Shown here: piece after piece, positions 49,127 through 59,800 of the stretch
Layout of the letters: each line of letters opens with the position of its first letter
Position numbering within the stretch: position 1 is the stretch's first letter
From: a virus
Reading direction: 5' to 3' (one strand)
Virus record (IMG/VR): IMGVR_UViG_3300013114_000098
DNA length: 64,000 nucleotides
The notes under the pieces: model-generated
Database searches by the model: none
What the model was told of the DNA's origin: nothing
Seen by the model: the letters and a program-made list of their open reading frames with translations, nothing else
Program-made: the position numbers and the translations under genes

Positions 49127-50350
49127 ATGTCTAATACACGACAAAATCTGAGTCCAGGAGAATCATCAATTAGGTGGACAAAAGATCCTTTGTTTGGTAA
49201 CGTATGGATTAAAGATACTACAGGACTAGACTTTGATGAAGATCCTGACTTGAGTGGTAAGTATTGTCAGAAACTTTACACATGGTTTGAGGTTGATACG
49301 TATGGGAACGCCTGGATGTGTTGTCCTGCTTGGTTGCCTTATAGTATTGGTAATATATTAGAAAATAGCATAGAAGAACTTTGGAATGGCAAACGAGCAC
49401 AGGAATTACGTAATCAAGTTTTTACTGGTAAGTGGAAATACTGTCAAGCTAGTTTTTGTCCATGGATACAAGGAGACCATCTTCCTGACATAAAAGATGT
49501 GTTATTAAAAGAAAACTCAACATTATATATTTCAGATGCAGAAATTAATGCATTACAAAATAAGTCATTAATATCTACACGATTGCCTACAAACATTAAC
49601 TTTAGTAATGATGAGAGTTGTAACTTAAGGTGCCCAAGCTGTAGAATAGAAAAAATATTATACACCGAAGGACCATTATATAATAAACGAAAGAAAATTA
49701 ATGATAAAATTATTGAGACATTTTTAACAACACCAACAGACAGACATTTTAGTATTTTTGTAACTGGCAGTGGAGATCCATGGGCTAGTAAAATTTATAG
49801 AGAAATGTTGTATAACATAGACGGAAACGACTTTCCTAATCTCGGAATTAGTATGCAAACAAATGGTGTTATGTATACTCCTAAATTATGGAATCGTATT
49901 AGTAAGATACATAAAAATTTAAGAGACTGTCGTATTAGTTTCGATGCTGGAACTAAAGAAACATACGAACACAAAACAAGATTAAATGGAGATTGGGATT
50001 TATTATTATCTAATTGTGATTTCTTAGATAAAAAAAGTAATGAGCTTTCTGGATTTAACATTCATTATGACTTTGTTGTACAGTATGACAACTACAAAGA
50101 AATGAAAAGATATATAAGGCTTGTGCAAGAACGTTTTCCTAATCACGCAGATATTTGTTTTAGCTTGGTTGCCGATTGGGGCACATGGTCTGATACGTCT
50201 GCAGAAAATTATAACAGTAAATGTATATGGAAAAAAGATCATCCAGAGCATCAAAATTTTTTAAACATTTTAAAAGATCCTATATTTGATAGCAAAGGAG
50301 TTGTCTTAGGCAATTTAACATCAATGAGAAAGAAAGCGTTATCGCAATGA
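49127..50350 (+). CDS. Radical SAM protein with SPASM/Twitch-like domain
   Basis: CNLRCPSC; N-terminal C..CC..GNI..W auxiliary cluster motif. Confidence 0.9.
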   Translation: MSNTRQNLSPGESSIRWTKDPLFGNVWIKDTTGLDFDEDPDLSGKYCQKLYTWFEVDTYGNAWMCCPAWLPYSIGNILENSIEELWNGKRAQELRNQVFTGKWKYCQASFCPWIQGDHLPDIKDVLLKENSTLYISDAEINALQNKSLISTRLPTNINFSNDESCNLRCPSCRIEKILYTEGPLYNKRKKINDKIIETFLTTPTDRHFSIFVTGSGDPWASKIYREMLYNIDGNDFPNLGISMQTNGVMYTPKLWNRISKIHKNLRDCRISFDAGTKETYEHKTRLNGDWDLLLSNCDFLDKKSNELSGFNIHYDFVVQYDNYKEMKRYIRLVQERFPNHADICFSLVADWGTWSDTSAENYNSKCIWKKDHPEHQNFLNILKDPIFDSKGVVLGNLTSMRKKALSQ

Positions 50351-51828
50351 ATGAAAACGAATTAAAACATGCATTAGTTATGAAAGACCGACTTAATAAA
50401 GTTGGTTCGGGATTCTGTTTGGCTAAGTGGGATCAGGTAACAATGCATTTACATAATGGCATGACTCATAGTTGCCATCACCCAGCACCTCATAAGATAC
50501 CGTTGATAGAGATTGAAAATAACTATAAAGCAATTCATAATAGTAAAGAAAAAATCAGTGAACGACAAGCAATGATAAACGGAGAACGTCCTAGCCCTTG
50601 TAACTTTTGTTATAAAATGGAAGATAATAATTCTGAAGCAGTTAGTGATCGTTATCTCAAAAGTGCTAATCTATTTGAAAAGAGTTTTGATAAAATTGTT
50701 AAGAGCGGCACAGGAAAAGAATATGTTCCAGAGTATGTTGAGGTTAGTTTTAGTAATGTATGTAATTTAAAATGTACGTATTGTGGCCCACACTTTAGTA
50801 GCAAGTGGCAACAAGAACAAGAACAAGAAGAACCAATTATGTTACAAGATGAGCATGGACCTAATTGGGATTATCATAGTCTTGACTATCTTAAAAGCAA
50901 AGACGAACTTCCTATACCACATAAAGATCATAATCCATATGTTGAAGCATTTTGGAAATGGTGGCCTGAATTAAGAAACAATCTTAAAACTTTACGTGTT
51001 ACTGGCGGCGAGCCTTTAATGGCAAAGGACACATTTAAACTTTTAAAAGAGTTAGAAAACATTCCAGCACCTGAAATGCAATTAGGAATAAACACAAATT
51101 TAAATGCTCCACAGAAAAATTGGGAACAACTAATAGACTTTATAAAGAAAAACGAACAGGAGAACCTTGTTAAGAAAATAACATTGTATACTAGTTTAGA
51201 CGGATGGGGAGAACAGGCAGAGTATATACGTAGTGGATTAGATTTTAAATTGCTATGGGATAGATTGCTTTATATAATTGAAGAGCATCCTTCAGTAGAC
51301 AATACTATTATGACAGCGTACAGTGTATTAAGTTTACCAAGTTATAAAAAAATGCTTGAAGAAGTATTAGCTATAAAGAGAAAACATAATATGTATAACG
51401 GAGGTCTAGAAAGTAGATTCTATCAATACAAAAACTGGATGCAAGAAAATGGAAACGGTGATTTCTTTGTTAGAGGTGAAAAGCCATGTAGTGTACATAT
51501 AGATATTAGCCCTATACGTTTTCCTTGGTTTCTTAGTTTAGCAAGTGCCCCTAAAGAATTATCAATGCCTTATCTTTGGGATCAATATAAATTTATGATG
51601 GGAAATTTAACACTAGGCAACGACAACAGAAACTTTTATGACTTTGAAGCAGAAAAGATGGGTCGTGTAAATGACTTGGCTTTCTACAGAGAAATGTCAG
51701 ATAAATGGTCAAGAATTAACATGTCTAATTTTAGAAAGTATATTGATACAATAGACAAACGTAGAGGTACTAACTTTTGTAAAGTATTTCCTGAACTAGA
51801 AGAATACTACAGAGGTTGCAATGAATAA
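50347..51828 (+). CDS. Radical SAM protein
   Basis: CNLKCTYC, TGGEPL, N-terminal CLAKW...SCHH...CNFC. Confidence 0.9.
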   Translation: MNENELKHALVMKDRLNKVGSGFCLAKWDQVTMHLHNGMTHSCHHPAPHKIPLIEIENNYKAIHNSKEKISERQAMINGERPSPCNFCYKMEDNNSEAVSDRYLKSANLFEKSFDKIVKSGTGKEYVPEYVEVSFSNVCNLKCTYCGPHFSSKWQQEQEQEEPIMLQDEHGPNWDYHSLDYLKSKDELPIPHKDHNPYVEAFWKWWPELRNNLKTLRVTGGEPLMAKDTFKLLKELENIPAPEMQLGINTNLNAPQKNWEQLIDFIKKNEQENLVKKITLYTSLDGWGEQAEYIRSGLDFKLLWDRLLYIIEEHPSVDNTIMTAYSVLSLPSYKKMLEEVLAIKRKHNMYNGGLESRFYQYKNWMQENGNGDFFVRGEKPCSVHIDISPIRFPWFLSLASAPKELSMPYLWDQYKFMMGNLTLGNDNRNFYDFEAEKMGRVNDLAFYREMSDKWSRINMSNFRKYIDTIDKRRGTNFCKVFPELEEYYRGCNE

Positions 51829-53110
51829 AATTTTTGATATTATTAATAACAATGCTTCTGAAAAAGAAATTATAAAACAAACAGAAAGTTATTGCCCATT
51901 GCCGTGGAGCCACTTACATGTCAGTGCAAGTGGTGATGTGCTTCCTTGTTGCATAGGGCAATGGAAAATGCCATTGGGAAATATAAACAAACAAAGTTTT
52001 GATGACATATGGCAAGGTGATGAAATTAATAAAATACGCAAGGCACTTGTAGATGATAAGAAAGTACCTCAATGCAGTACGTGTTACTTAAAAGAAAAGG
52101 ATAGTGGATTTAGTTTACGGCATGATGCTATTGCGAAGTTTCATAATGTAAGTAAGGACATGGTGCTTAGTACTAATGAAGATGGGTCGGCTCCTGATGC
52201 ACGTCCAGTGTATTGGGATATTAGGTTCAGCAATATATGTAATATGCGTTGTAGAATGTGTGGACACTTTAGTAGTAGTAAATGGTATGCTGATGCTAAA
52301 AAGTTAGCAGACGATGGCATATACAATTATGGCACTGATAAAGATCAAGCTATAATACATGGTGTGGAAGATAGTGAAAAATTATTAACCAGGTTAGAAG
52401 AGTATTTGCCTTACGTGCAAGAGTTATACTTTGCAGGAGGTGAGCCACTGTTTATGGAAGAACATTATACTATATTGAATAAACTTATTGAGATGGGGAT
52501 AACAGATGTGTTCATTCGTTATAGCTCTAACCTTAGTATAATGAAATATAAAAATACAAATGTAGTAGACTTATGGAAACATTTTAGTAATGTTTATTGT
52601 GCAGGCAGTATAGATACATACGGTGCTCGTGCAGAAAACATACGCAAGGATACAGTGTGGTCTGAGATAGAAGATAATATGAGACTAATAAAAACAACAG
52701 CACCAAAAGTTTGGCTAGGCATTAGTCCTACAATACAAATTATGAATGCATATACAGTATGTGAATTAAACGAGCAATGGATTAGTAATGGTTGGTTAAA
52801 TCGTTGGACTATGTATTGGAATATTTTATCCAGCCCTAGTTTTTATAATATACAACACTTACCAGATCATATGAAACAAGAGCTTATAGAGATATGGACT
52901 AAGCATTTGAAATGGCTTAAGATTAAAAAAAATAGTCCAGTGCATCACACAGTTAATGCTACTATTAAGTGGATGCTTAGTGGAAAACACAATCCAGAAG
53001 AGTTGATTAAAATGTGCGACCACACCAAACGTATTGACAAGTTGCGTAATGAAGATACACGTTCAGTTTTTCCAGAGCTTAATTATATATGGGAAAACTA
53101 TTGGGAATGA
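51821..53110 (+). CDS. Radical SAM protein with SPASM/Twitch-like domain
   Basis: CNMRCRMC, AGGEPL, CPLPW...PCC...CSTC. Confidence 0.9.
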   Translation: MNKIFDIINNNASEKEIIKQTESYCPLPWSHLHVSASGDVLPCCIGQWKMPLGNINKQSFDDIWQGDEINKIRKALVDDKKVPQCSTCYLKEKDSGFSLRHDAIAKFHNVSKDMVLSTNEDGSAPDARPVYWDIRFSNICNMRCRMCGHFSSSKWYADAKKLADDGIYNYGTDKDQAIIHGVEDSEKLLTRLEEYLPYVQELYFAGGEPLFMEEHYTILNKLIEMGITDVFIRYSSNLSIMKYKNTNVVDLWKHFSNVYCAGSIDTYGARAENIRKDTVWSEIEDNMRLIKTTAPKVWLGISPTIQIMNAYTVCELNEQWISNGWLNRWTMYWNILSSPSFYNIQHLPDHMKQELIEIWTKHLKWLKIKKNSPVHHTVNATIKWMLSGKHNPEELIKMCDHTKRIDKLRNEDTRSVFPELNYIWENYWE

Positions 53111-54336
53111 TACCTTACATAGAACAGAACGAATATTGGAGAGATAATCTCATACTTGAACTACTTGATTCTAGATATAAGCTGATACAAAGAGATAATG
53201 GTGTTTACATACACTGGTGTGAAATTACTAAAGACCCTGACAGCCATGACGCTATACAAGGTAACATACTGCCGTTTATTCCTACTAAAGTAATAAACGA
53301 CTTACGTACAAACGACGCATGTATTGTTTTTAGCACATGGCAAGAAAGTACTAACCCAGTGGATGATTATCCAATAGAACATTGTATTGATTTTGACTTA
53401 GTATTAGAAAAGTTTTGCGATGATAATAATATACCTTGTCGCAATGTTGTGTGGGTTAGTGGAGACTTAAAAGTACAAGAGAGGCAAAAGAGTAAACGTA
53501 TTAAAGCATATGGATTTACATGCTATGGGCATGATATACTACGACACGTAGAAACTGAGATAGACAAGACACAATGGAACTTGCAACCAATTACTAAGCG
53601 AACGTTTGAAAAAGACTTTATATGCTTACAACGTTTTATGAAGCCAGGTAGAATATACTGGAGTTTATTATTGTATAGGAATAACTTTATACATTCACAG
53701 TATGTTAGTATTGCAGATAAAATAGCAGGCTGGAGTTTTTTTGAAAAGGCTAAAGCATTTTATTTGTCAGCAAAGAAACATTATAAACATATGTCTGCTT
53801 ACAACTTATCGTGCGACCAATACTTTAAAGATATGTGGCATGACTTAGCAGATTTAGGACTTAGTGTTCCTGTAACAGTAGATGTACAAGACCATGATAA
53901 GAATTGGTGTGCAGGTTGGGATACTACATTAAGTAGTTTGGAATTTTATAATAAAAGTTTTGCAAGTGTAATAACTGAAACAGACATGCAGAGCAATGGA
54001 TTGTATATTAGTGAAGCTACATTTAGGCCATTTATATATCAACAACCCTGTGTCTGGGCAGGACAAGCAGGCATTGTTAAGCAATTAAATGATTGGGGAT
54101 TTAAGACCTGGTCTTGGTTAGCAAGTGAAGATTATGATAATTGTCATTATATGATTGACAGATTAAATATGTGCAAGGATAGTTTAATAGAAATGATATC
54201 AACAAGTAGAGATAAAAAAGTTTTAGAACGTATACACGAACAAAATATCTATAACTGGAATCATCTACAGAATAAATTTGTGGAAGACCAAAGAACTAGA
54301 TTTATTAAATTGTTAAATGATATTGTAAATAAATAA
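53107..54336 (+). CDS. Hypothetical protein, possible glycosyltransferase
   Basis: C-terminal VITET...ISEATFRPF...GFKT..EDYD pattern; ATGA overlap start. Confidence 0.5.
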   Translation: MIPYIEQNEYWRDNLILELLDSRYKLIQRDNGVYIHWCEITKDPDSHDAIQGNILPFIPTKVINDLRTNDACIVFSTWQESTNPVDDYPIEHCIDFDLVLEKFCDDNNIPCRNVVWVSGDLKVQERQKSKRIKAYGFTCYGHDILRHVETEIDKTQWNLQPITKRTFEKDFICLQRFMKPGRIYWSLLLYRNNFIHSQYVSIADKIAGWSFFEKAKAFYLSAKKHYKHMSAYNLSCDQYFKDMWHDLADLGLSVPVTVDVQDHDKNWCAGWDTTLSSLEFYNKSFASVITETDMQSNGLYISEATFRPFIYQQPCVWAGQAGIVKQLNDWGFKTWSWLASEDYDNCHYMIDRLNMCKDSLIEMISTSRDKKVLERIHEQNIYNWNHLQNKFVEDQRTRFIKLLNDIVNK

Positions 54337-54347
54337 CATAGGAGTAA

Positions 54348-55211
54348 ATGGTGATTTTATTAACAGGTGCAAATGGATTTATAGGAAACTATTTGCGTAA
54401 TAATATAGACTGTATCACAGTTGACTATGAAAACTGTGACTTCAATGGAGATTTAAATGACTGGAATTTTATTCAGAGTTTGCCAGATGTTGATACAGTA
54501 ATACATTTAGCCGCGTTTAATAGTACAAAGAATTTTTATAGTACGCCGTTTAGTGTAATAGATAGTATTATAACTCCTACAATGAATTTATTAAAGCGTT
54601 ACACTAATGCTCACTTTGTATATGCCGGAAGTAGTGAAGGATATGCTGGTACTGTAAATTTGGGTTGGACTGAACCACCCACACCAGAAAATGTTCCTCT
54701 AACAATAGAAGACATAACTAATCCACGTTGGAGTTATGCTAGTGGTAAGATTGCAATGGAGAGTGCAGTAATCAGTAATAGCGTACAAAATGGGAACACA
54801 TATACTATTATTCGTTTTCATAATATATACGGGCCTGGACAAAAGAATCATTTTATTCCAGAGTTTGTAGATAGAGTACGCAATAAAGATTTTGTTCTAT
54901 ATGGATATGATAACACTCGTAGCTTTTGCTATATTGATGATGCAGTAGACTTAATAACAAAAGTATATAATACTAAAAATGAGATTATTAATATTGGTTC
55001 TCCAGATGAGAATAAAATAATAGATGTAGCTCGTGTTATTATGTCGCAACTAGAATTAGATAATGAGAAATTAGAACTACATCCAGACCCACCTGGTAGT
55101 ACACGAAGAAGACTACCAGACTTAACTAAACTGAATAGTCTTGTTACTGACTTTCAGTACACACCGTTAGAAGAAGGAATAAGGAGAATATTAAATGGTA
55201 TTAAAAACTAG
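54348..55211 (+). CDS. NAD-dependent epimerase/dehydratase
   Basis: TGANGFIG, HLAA, YASGK (YxxxK), RFHNIYGP. Confidence 0.92.
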   Translation: MVILLTGANGFIGNYLRNNIDCITVDYENCDFNGDLNDWNFIQSLPDVDTVIHLAAFNSTKNFYSTPFSVIDSIITPTMNLLKRYTNAHFVYAGSSEGYAGTVNLGWTEPPTPENVPLTIEDITNPRWSYASGKIAMESAVISNSVQNGNTYTIIRFHNIYGPGQKNHFIPEFVDRVRNKDFVLYGYDNTRSFCYIDDAVDLITKVYNTKNEIINIGSPDENKIIDVARVIMSQLELDNEKLELHPDPPGSTRRRLPDLTKLNSLVTDFQYTPLEEGIRRILNGIKN

Positions 55212-55707
55212 CGACAACATGATTGGCCAGAAAGCATGGGCTATTGGAGATATGGTAAATGGCACACCAAGTCTTGTAATGATTATTTGTAACCACTGTC
55301 CTTATGTATTATTTAGAATGCCAGCAATATCACAGTTAGTTAAAGATTATAATGACAGAGTATATTGCATAGCAGTGAATAGCAATGATAGTAGCAAGTA
55401 TGAAGAAGATGCTCCAGAGCTTATGCCAGAGTTTAAAAACAAATATGGTCTTGCATGTGAATATATGTTTGACGAAGATCAAAGTATAGCACGTGCATAC
55501 GGAGCAGTATGTACTCCAGAGTTTTATGTAGTTAACAGCGAAGGCATTATAGTGTATCATGGCGAACTAGACGCAAGTCATACAAGCAATGACTTAATGC
55601 CCACAGGCAGTAGTTTACGTCATGCATTAGATTTAACTCTTGCTGGAAAAGAAATTACATGGGATGTAAATCCAAGTTTTGGTTGTAGTGTAAAATGGAA
55701 AGCATAA
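55195..55707 (+). CDS. Thioredoxin-fold AhpC/TSA-family redoxin
   Basis: CNHCPYV, YGAVCTPEF, GCSVKW. Confidence 0.85.
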   Translation: MVLKTSDNMIGQKAWAIGDMVNGTPSLVMIICNHCPYVLFRMPAISQLVKDYNDRVYCIAVNSNDSSKYEEDAPELMPEFKNKYGLACEYMFDEDQSIARAYGAVCTPEFYVVNSEGIIVYHGELDASHTSNDLMPTGSSLRHALDLTLAGKEITWDVNPSFGCSVKWKA

Positions 55708-56444
55708 TGGAAAGACAAAGCCGTAAGTATAAAAATGATTATAGAGATTTGAGTTATCGTTGGCAAGACGAACTTAAATCTATAGACAACGAAGAATGGA
55801 AAAAAGAAATTGCATACAACTGTAGTCCATTTACTGTTACGCAATTGCCAGCAGTTTTAGATTTAATAGATACAGTTGAAGATATTATATTAAATGACAT
55901 ACCAGGAGACTTTGTAGAATGCGGAGTCTTTATGGGCGGCAGTTGTATGATCATAGCTGAGGTTTTAAAACATTATAATGTTAATCGTACTATATGGCTT
56001 TTCGATACATTTGATGGAGTACCTATGCCGAGTGAACATGATGTTACTCCTGAAGGCGAAAGTTTAAAGGATTGGTATAAGAATAAAAAATTAGATACTA
56101 ATAATAAAAGCACATGGTGTTATTCTGCATTAGATGATATAAAAGAAAACTTTACAGAATGTAATTATAAAGGTGATACAAAATTTATAATAGGCAAAGT
56201 AGAAGATACTATACCTAATAATGCTCCTGATAACATTTCTCTTTTAAGAATAGATGTTGATCTTGCAGAGTCAACAAGACATGTATTAGATCATTTGTAT
56301 CCAATACTAGTTACAAACGGGCATTTAATTTTAGATGACTATGGACATTTTCCTGCTGTTAAAGAAACAGTAGATGATTATTTTAAAAATGATCCTAAGA
56401 CATTACAAGAAATTACATATACAGTTAGGCATATAATAAAATGA
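55707..56444 (+). CDS. TylF/MycF-family O-methyltransferase
   Basis: IPGDFVECGVFMGG, LFDTFDG, RIDVD, ILDDYG. Confidence 0.9.
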   Translation: MERQSRKYKNDYRDLSYRWQDELKSIDNEEWKKEIAYNCSPFTVTQLPAVLDLIDTVEDIILNDIPGDFVECGVFMGGSCMIIAEVLKHYNVNRTIWLFDTFDGVPMPSEHDVTPEGESLKDWYKNKKLDTNNKSTWCYSALDDIKENFTECNYKGDTKFIIGKVEDTIPNNAPDNISLLRIDVDLAESTRHVLDHLYPILVTNGHLILDDYGHFPAVKETVDDYFKNDPKTLQEITYTVRHIIK

Positions 56445-57232
56445 AAATAGGATTAATAGGATTAGGTGTTGTAGGCAAAGCCTGTAAAGAAGGCTTTGAA
56501 CATTGTGGCTACAATGTAGTTGCACACGACATAGCACTTGATACAAAAATAGAAGATGTATTAGAAACTGAGATTACATATCTTTGTGTTCCTACACCTA
56601 CTAATGACAAAGGCGAATGTGACACTAGTATTATTGAAAGTGTTATTCATGAGTTAAGGCAGTTAAAATATAAAGGCGTTATAGCAATTAAGTCAACTGT
56701 TGAGCCTGGAACAACAGCAAGGTTAATAAAACAGTACGATGATAAAATTGTATTTGTTCCTGAGTTTCTTAAAGAACGTAGTGCAGAATATGATTTTATA
56801 TTTGACCACAGACTGTTATTAGTAGGAACAGAAAACGTAAACTATTATTATCTAGTACAGCGTTCACATGGTAAGTTACCAGATGACATAATGAGAGTGC
56901 CACCAACAGAAGCAGAACTAATGAAATACTATCACAACACATTCAATGCATTACGTGTAGTATTTGCAAATGTAATGTTTGAGATAAGTGATAAACTTAA
57001 TGTGTCATATGATACAGTGAAAGAAGCATTTTTAAAGAACAGCGATTTACCTGATGAGTACCTTGATGTTAAACCTGAACTGCGAGGATACGGTGGTGCT
57101 TGTTTACCTAAAGATGTTTTAGCAATGAACAACGCATGTAAAAAATTAGGAATACCAAACAAGTTGTTTGAGTATATTGATAAAGAAAATAAACTATTTA
57201 AGAAAACAGTATTCAAAGGAATGAGACTATAG
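56441..57232 (+). CDS. UDP-glucose/GDP-mannose dehydrogenase-family protein (short)
   Basis: GLGVVG, CVPTP, KSTVEPG, PEFLKE, GYGGACLPKD. Confidence 0.9.
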   Translation: MKIGLIGLGVVGKACKEGFEHCGYNVVAHDIALDTKIEDVLETEITYLCVPTPTNDKGECDTSIIESVIHELRQLKYKGVIAIKSTVEPGTTARLIKQYDDKIVFVPEFLKERSAEYDFIFDHRLLLVGTENVNYYYLVQRSHGKLPDDIMRVPPTEAELMKYYHNTFNALRVVFANVMFEISDKLNVSYDTVKEAFLKNSDLPDEYLDVKPELRGYGGACLPKDVLAMNNACKKLGIPNKLFEYIDKENKLFKKTVFKGMRL

Positions 57233-57891
57233 TGAGTTATTTAGAAGACAATAAAGAAAATGTATATTTTAATAATGATGCTAATCTGTTTTGGGGGGTC
57301 ATAGAACATTTTAGACACAGTGATAATAACCGTCTTTGTATCGATATTGGCACATTTTATGGAGGCTATGCAGAGAGATATGTATCTTTATTTGAAAACG
57401 TAGTTTGTTTTGAAGCTAATTATTATATTGAAAAAGATTTAAGAAATAGAATGGCTAAAACAAAACATGATAATTATAAAATTTATATGAATGGACTAGG
57501 CAAACCCGAAGACCATAACACTGAAAAGTTGTTCTATGCAGTTACTTGGGCGCCTCCTCACAATACACGTTGGAGTGGCATCAGCAGTTACAAAAGCGAT
57601 CACTTCACAAACTGGCCCGAGAAAGAAGTGAACATAACTGAAATTACTACTACGGTTAGGACATTAGATAGCTATAACCTAGCACCTAGTTTTATTAAAA
57701 TGGATGTAGAGAATTCAGAATCAGATGTTATTATGGGTGGAATAGAAACTATATCAAAGCATAAACCCACACTACAAGTAGAAGGCAAAGGAAGTATAGA
57801 ATTAATAAAAAGTTTAGGATATCGTTTAGTAGCTCAACGAAAATGTCATGGCGCACTACACGATAATATATATGTATATGGACAAATGTAA
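57232..57891 (+). CDS. FkbM-family methyltransferase
   Basis: IDIGT..G, VCFEAN, FIKMDVE. Confidence 0.8.
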   Translation: MSYLEDNKENVYFNNDANLFWGVIEHFRHSDNNRLCIDIGTFYGGYAERYVSLFENVVCFEANYYIEKDLRNRMAKTKHDNYKIYMNGLGKPEDHNTEKLFYAVTWAPPHNTRWSGISSYKSDHFTNWPEKEVNITEITTTVRTLDSYNLAPSFIKMDVENSESDVIMGGIETISKHKPTLQVEGKGSIELIKSLGYRLVAQRKCHGALHDNIYVYGQM

Positions 57892-58252
57892 AATACTTAC
57901 AGCAGATTTATTTGAAGATGAAAGAGGAACTACTCGTAGTTTCTATCCTGACGAAGATATTGTAGAGTATAATCTAATGATTACTAAAAAGGGCGATGCT
58001 CGTGGTTATCATTATCACCCACACTTTGTTGAGTATATGATTATAGTAGATGGTGAATGTTTGTTTAAAGAGTACAGCGATAGTATACATGAAACAGTGC
58101 TAACCGAAGGCGACAGTATACGTATACCTAGTGGCACAGCACACACGTTTATAGCATTAACAGACTTTAAGTTTGTTAGTATGCTTACAAAAAGGTGGCA
58201 CGATAGCGACCCGCCAATAGTAAAGGTAGATGAATATGGCAAACCCATTTGA
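57878..58252 (+). CDS. Cupin-fold sugar isomerase/epimerase
   Basis: DERG, RGYHYH, IPSGTAHTF. Confidence 0.75.
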   Translation: MDKCKILTADLFEDERGTTRSFYPDEDIVEYNLMITKKGDARGYHYHPHFVEYMIIVDGECLFKEYSDSIHETVLTEGDSIRIPSGTAHTFIALTDFKFVSMLTKRWHDSDPPIVKVDEYGKPI

Positions 58253-58844
58253 TACAGTACATAAGTTTGAGAGAGTAGTTGCAGATTATTCTGGTGCTCC
58301 TTATGCTATTGCTACTGATTGTTGTAGTCATGCTATATTCCTAAGTGCAATATACTACAAACAAAAACACGGAACATGCACAGTTACAATGCCCAAGAAC
58401 ACATATGTAAGTGCGCCTGTGCAAATGATACACGCTGGGTTTGATGTAGAGTTTGTAGACAAACAATGGTCAGGTGTGTATAAGATTAACCCAACAAACA
58501 TTATAGATGGTGCTCCTAGGTTTACATATAATATGTATATCAAGGGAAGTTATCATTGTTTAAGTTTTCAATTTAAGAAAATATTAAGCACAGGCAGAGG
58601 CGGAATGATACTAACAGACGATGAAGAGTTTTATGAGTGGGCTCAACGTGCAATACACGATGGAAGAGATATGAGTATACCATATGAAGAAGATACTGTT
58701 ACTATGCTGGGCTATCATATGTTTATGACTCCTGAAGTTGCACAAATTGGATTAGATAAGATGAGAACTATGCCACGTATCAATAGTGATGTTGCAACCA
58801 ACAACACTTATCCTGATATTAGTTATATAAAAGATTTCAAATGA
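58236..58844 (+). CDS. DegT/DnrJ-family PLP sugar aminotransferase (short)
   Basis: FERVVADY, LSFQFKK (PLP lysine), GRGGMI. Confidence 0.85.
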   Translation: MANPFDTVHKFERVVADYSGAPYAIATDCCSHAIFLSAIYYKQKHGTCTVTMPKNTYVSAPVQMIHAGFDVEFVDKQWSGVYKINPTNIIDGAPRFTYNMYIKGSYHCLSFQFKKILSTGRGGMILTDDEEFYEWAQRAIHDGRDMSIPYEEDTVTMLGYHMFMTPEVAQIGLDKMRTMPRINSDVATNNTYPDISYIKDFK

Positions 58845-59800
58845 GAATACATTTTAAAAGTGGAATAGTAGAAATAGAATTACTAGACAACGAGTTTGTA
58901 ACACAATGGCACAACACTGTTAGCAAACTACAGCCTATAGAAACTTGGAATGAAAACTTAATTCCAAAAGTAACTATTAGTGATGAAGAAGTTTTTCGTA
59001 TACGTTCTACGTATGTACCAAAGTTTAATGCTCATGTTAAAGAATTAAAAGACAAATATGGTTTAGAGTTTCCAGGAGAAATGGAATTAAATATGAAACA
59101 AGAGCGTCTTAATTTATTGCACAAGTGGGTAACACACGGTGCATTTACAAAGACTAATTGGGATTTGCCAAATGCTACTGTAGAAGATATTAATAACAGT
59201 AAATGGAATCATTGGCAAGACTATAACTTCGCAACTGATCATGAACCAGAGTTTGAAGTTCCTGTAGATGCTATTGATGACATTACACATATATTATTTG
59301 AAATGAACTGTGATATACACTGGTATGAAGAAACAATTACAAGTCCTAGAGTACAACAATTATATGATTGGGGTTACAATTATAATGATGGTAACCATAT
59401 TATACAACGATACACTAGTGGTGCAGACAGAGCATTTGATGTAGTTGATATACCTAACGAGTATAGAAAGTTATGTACATATGACACAGAGCCAGACTTA
59501 TGGTTACCATTTGCAGTTCTAGGAAAAGAATATTATACGTGTTGGGTTAATATGGATAACCCTAGCCAGTTTGATATAACAAACATTGATAAAACATATT
59601 GTCCAGGTTGGGAATTACAACCTAATGCGTTTACTAATAAAGTATTAGCACATGATGAGTTTCAATATTGGTTAACACAGCACGGCGTGCCAACGGATGC
59701 ATTTTGTATTGCTAAGATGCCATTAGGAAAATGTATTAATAAAGAACAATTAAATTTTAATCAAATATTATTAGAGCCAGTACAACATGTTGAATGGTAA
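58841..59800 (+). CDS. Hypothetical protein
   Basis: 319 aa, translationally coupled. Confidence 0.6.
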   Translation: MRIHFKSGIVEIELLDNEFVTQWHNTVSKLQPIETWNENLIPKVTISDEEVFRIRSTYVPKFNAHVKELKDKYGLEFPGEMELNMKQERLNLLHKWVTHGAFTKTNWDLPNATVEDINNSKWNHWQDYNFATDHEPEFEVPVDAIDDITHILFEMNCDIHWYEETITSPRVQQLYDWGYNYNDGNHIIQRYTSGADRAFDVVDIPNEYRKLCTYDTEPDLWLPFAVLGKEYYTCWVNMDNPSQFDITNIDKTYCPGWELQPNAFTNKVLAHDEFQYWLTQHGVPTDAFCIAKMPLGKCINKEQLNFNQILLEPVQHVEW

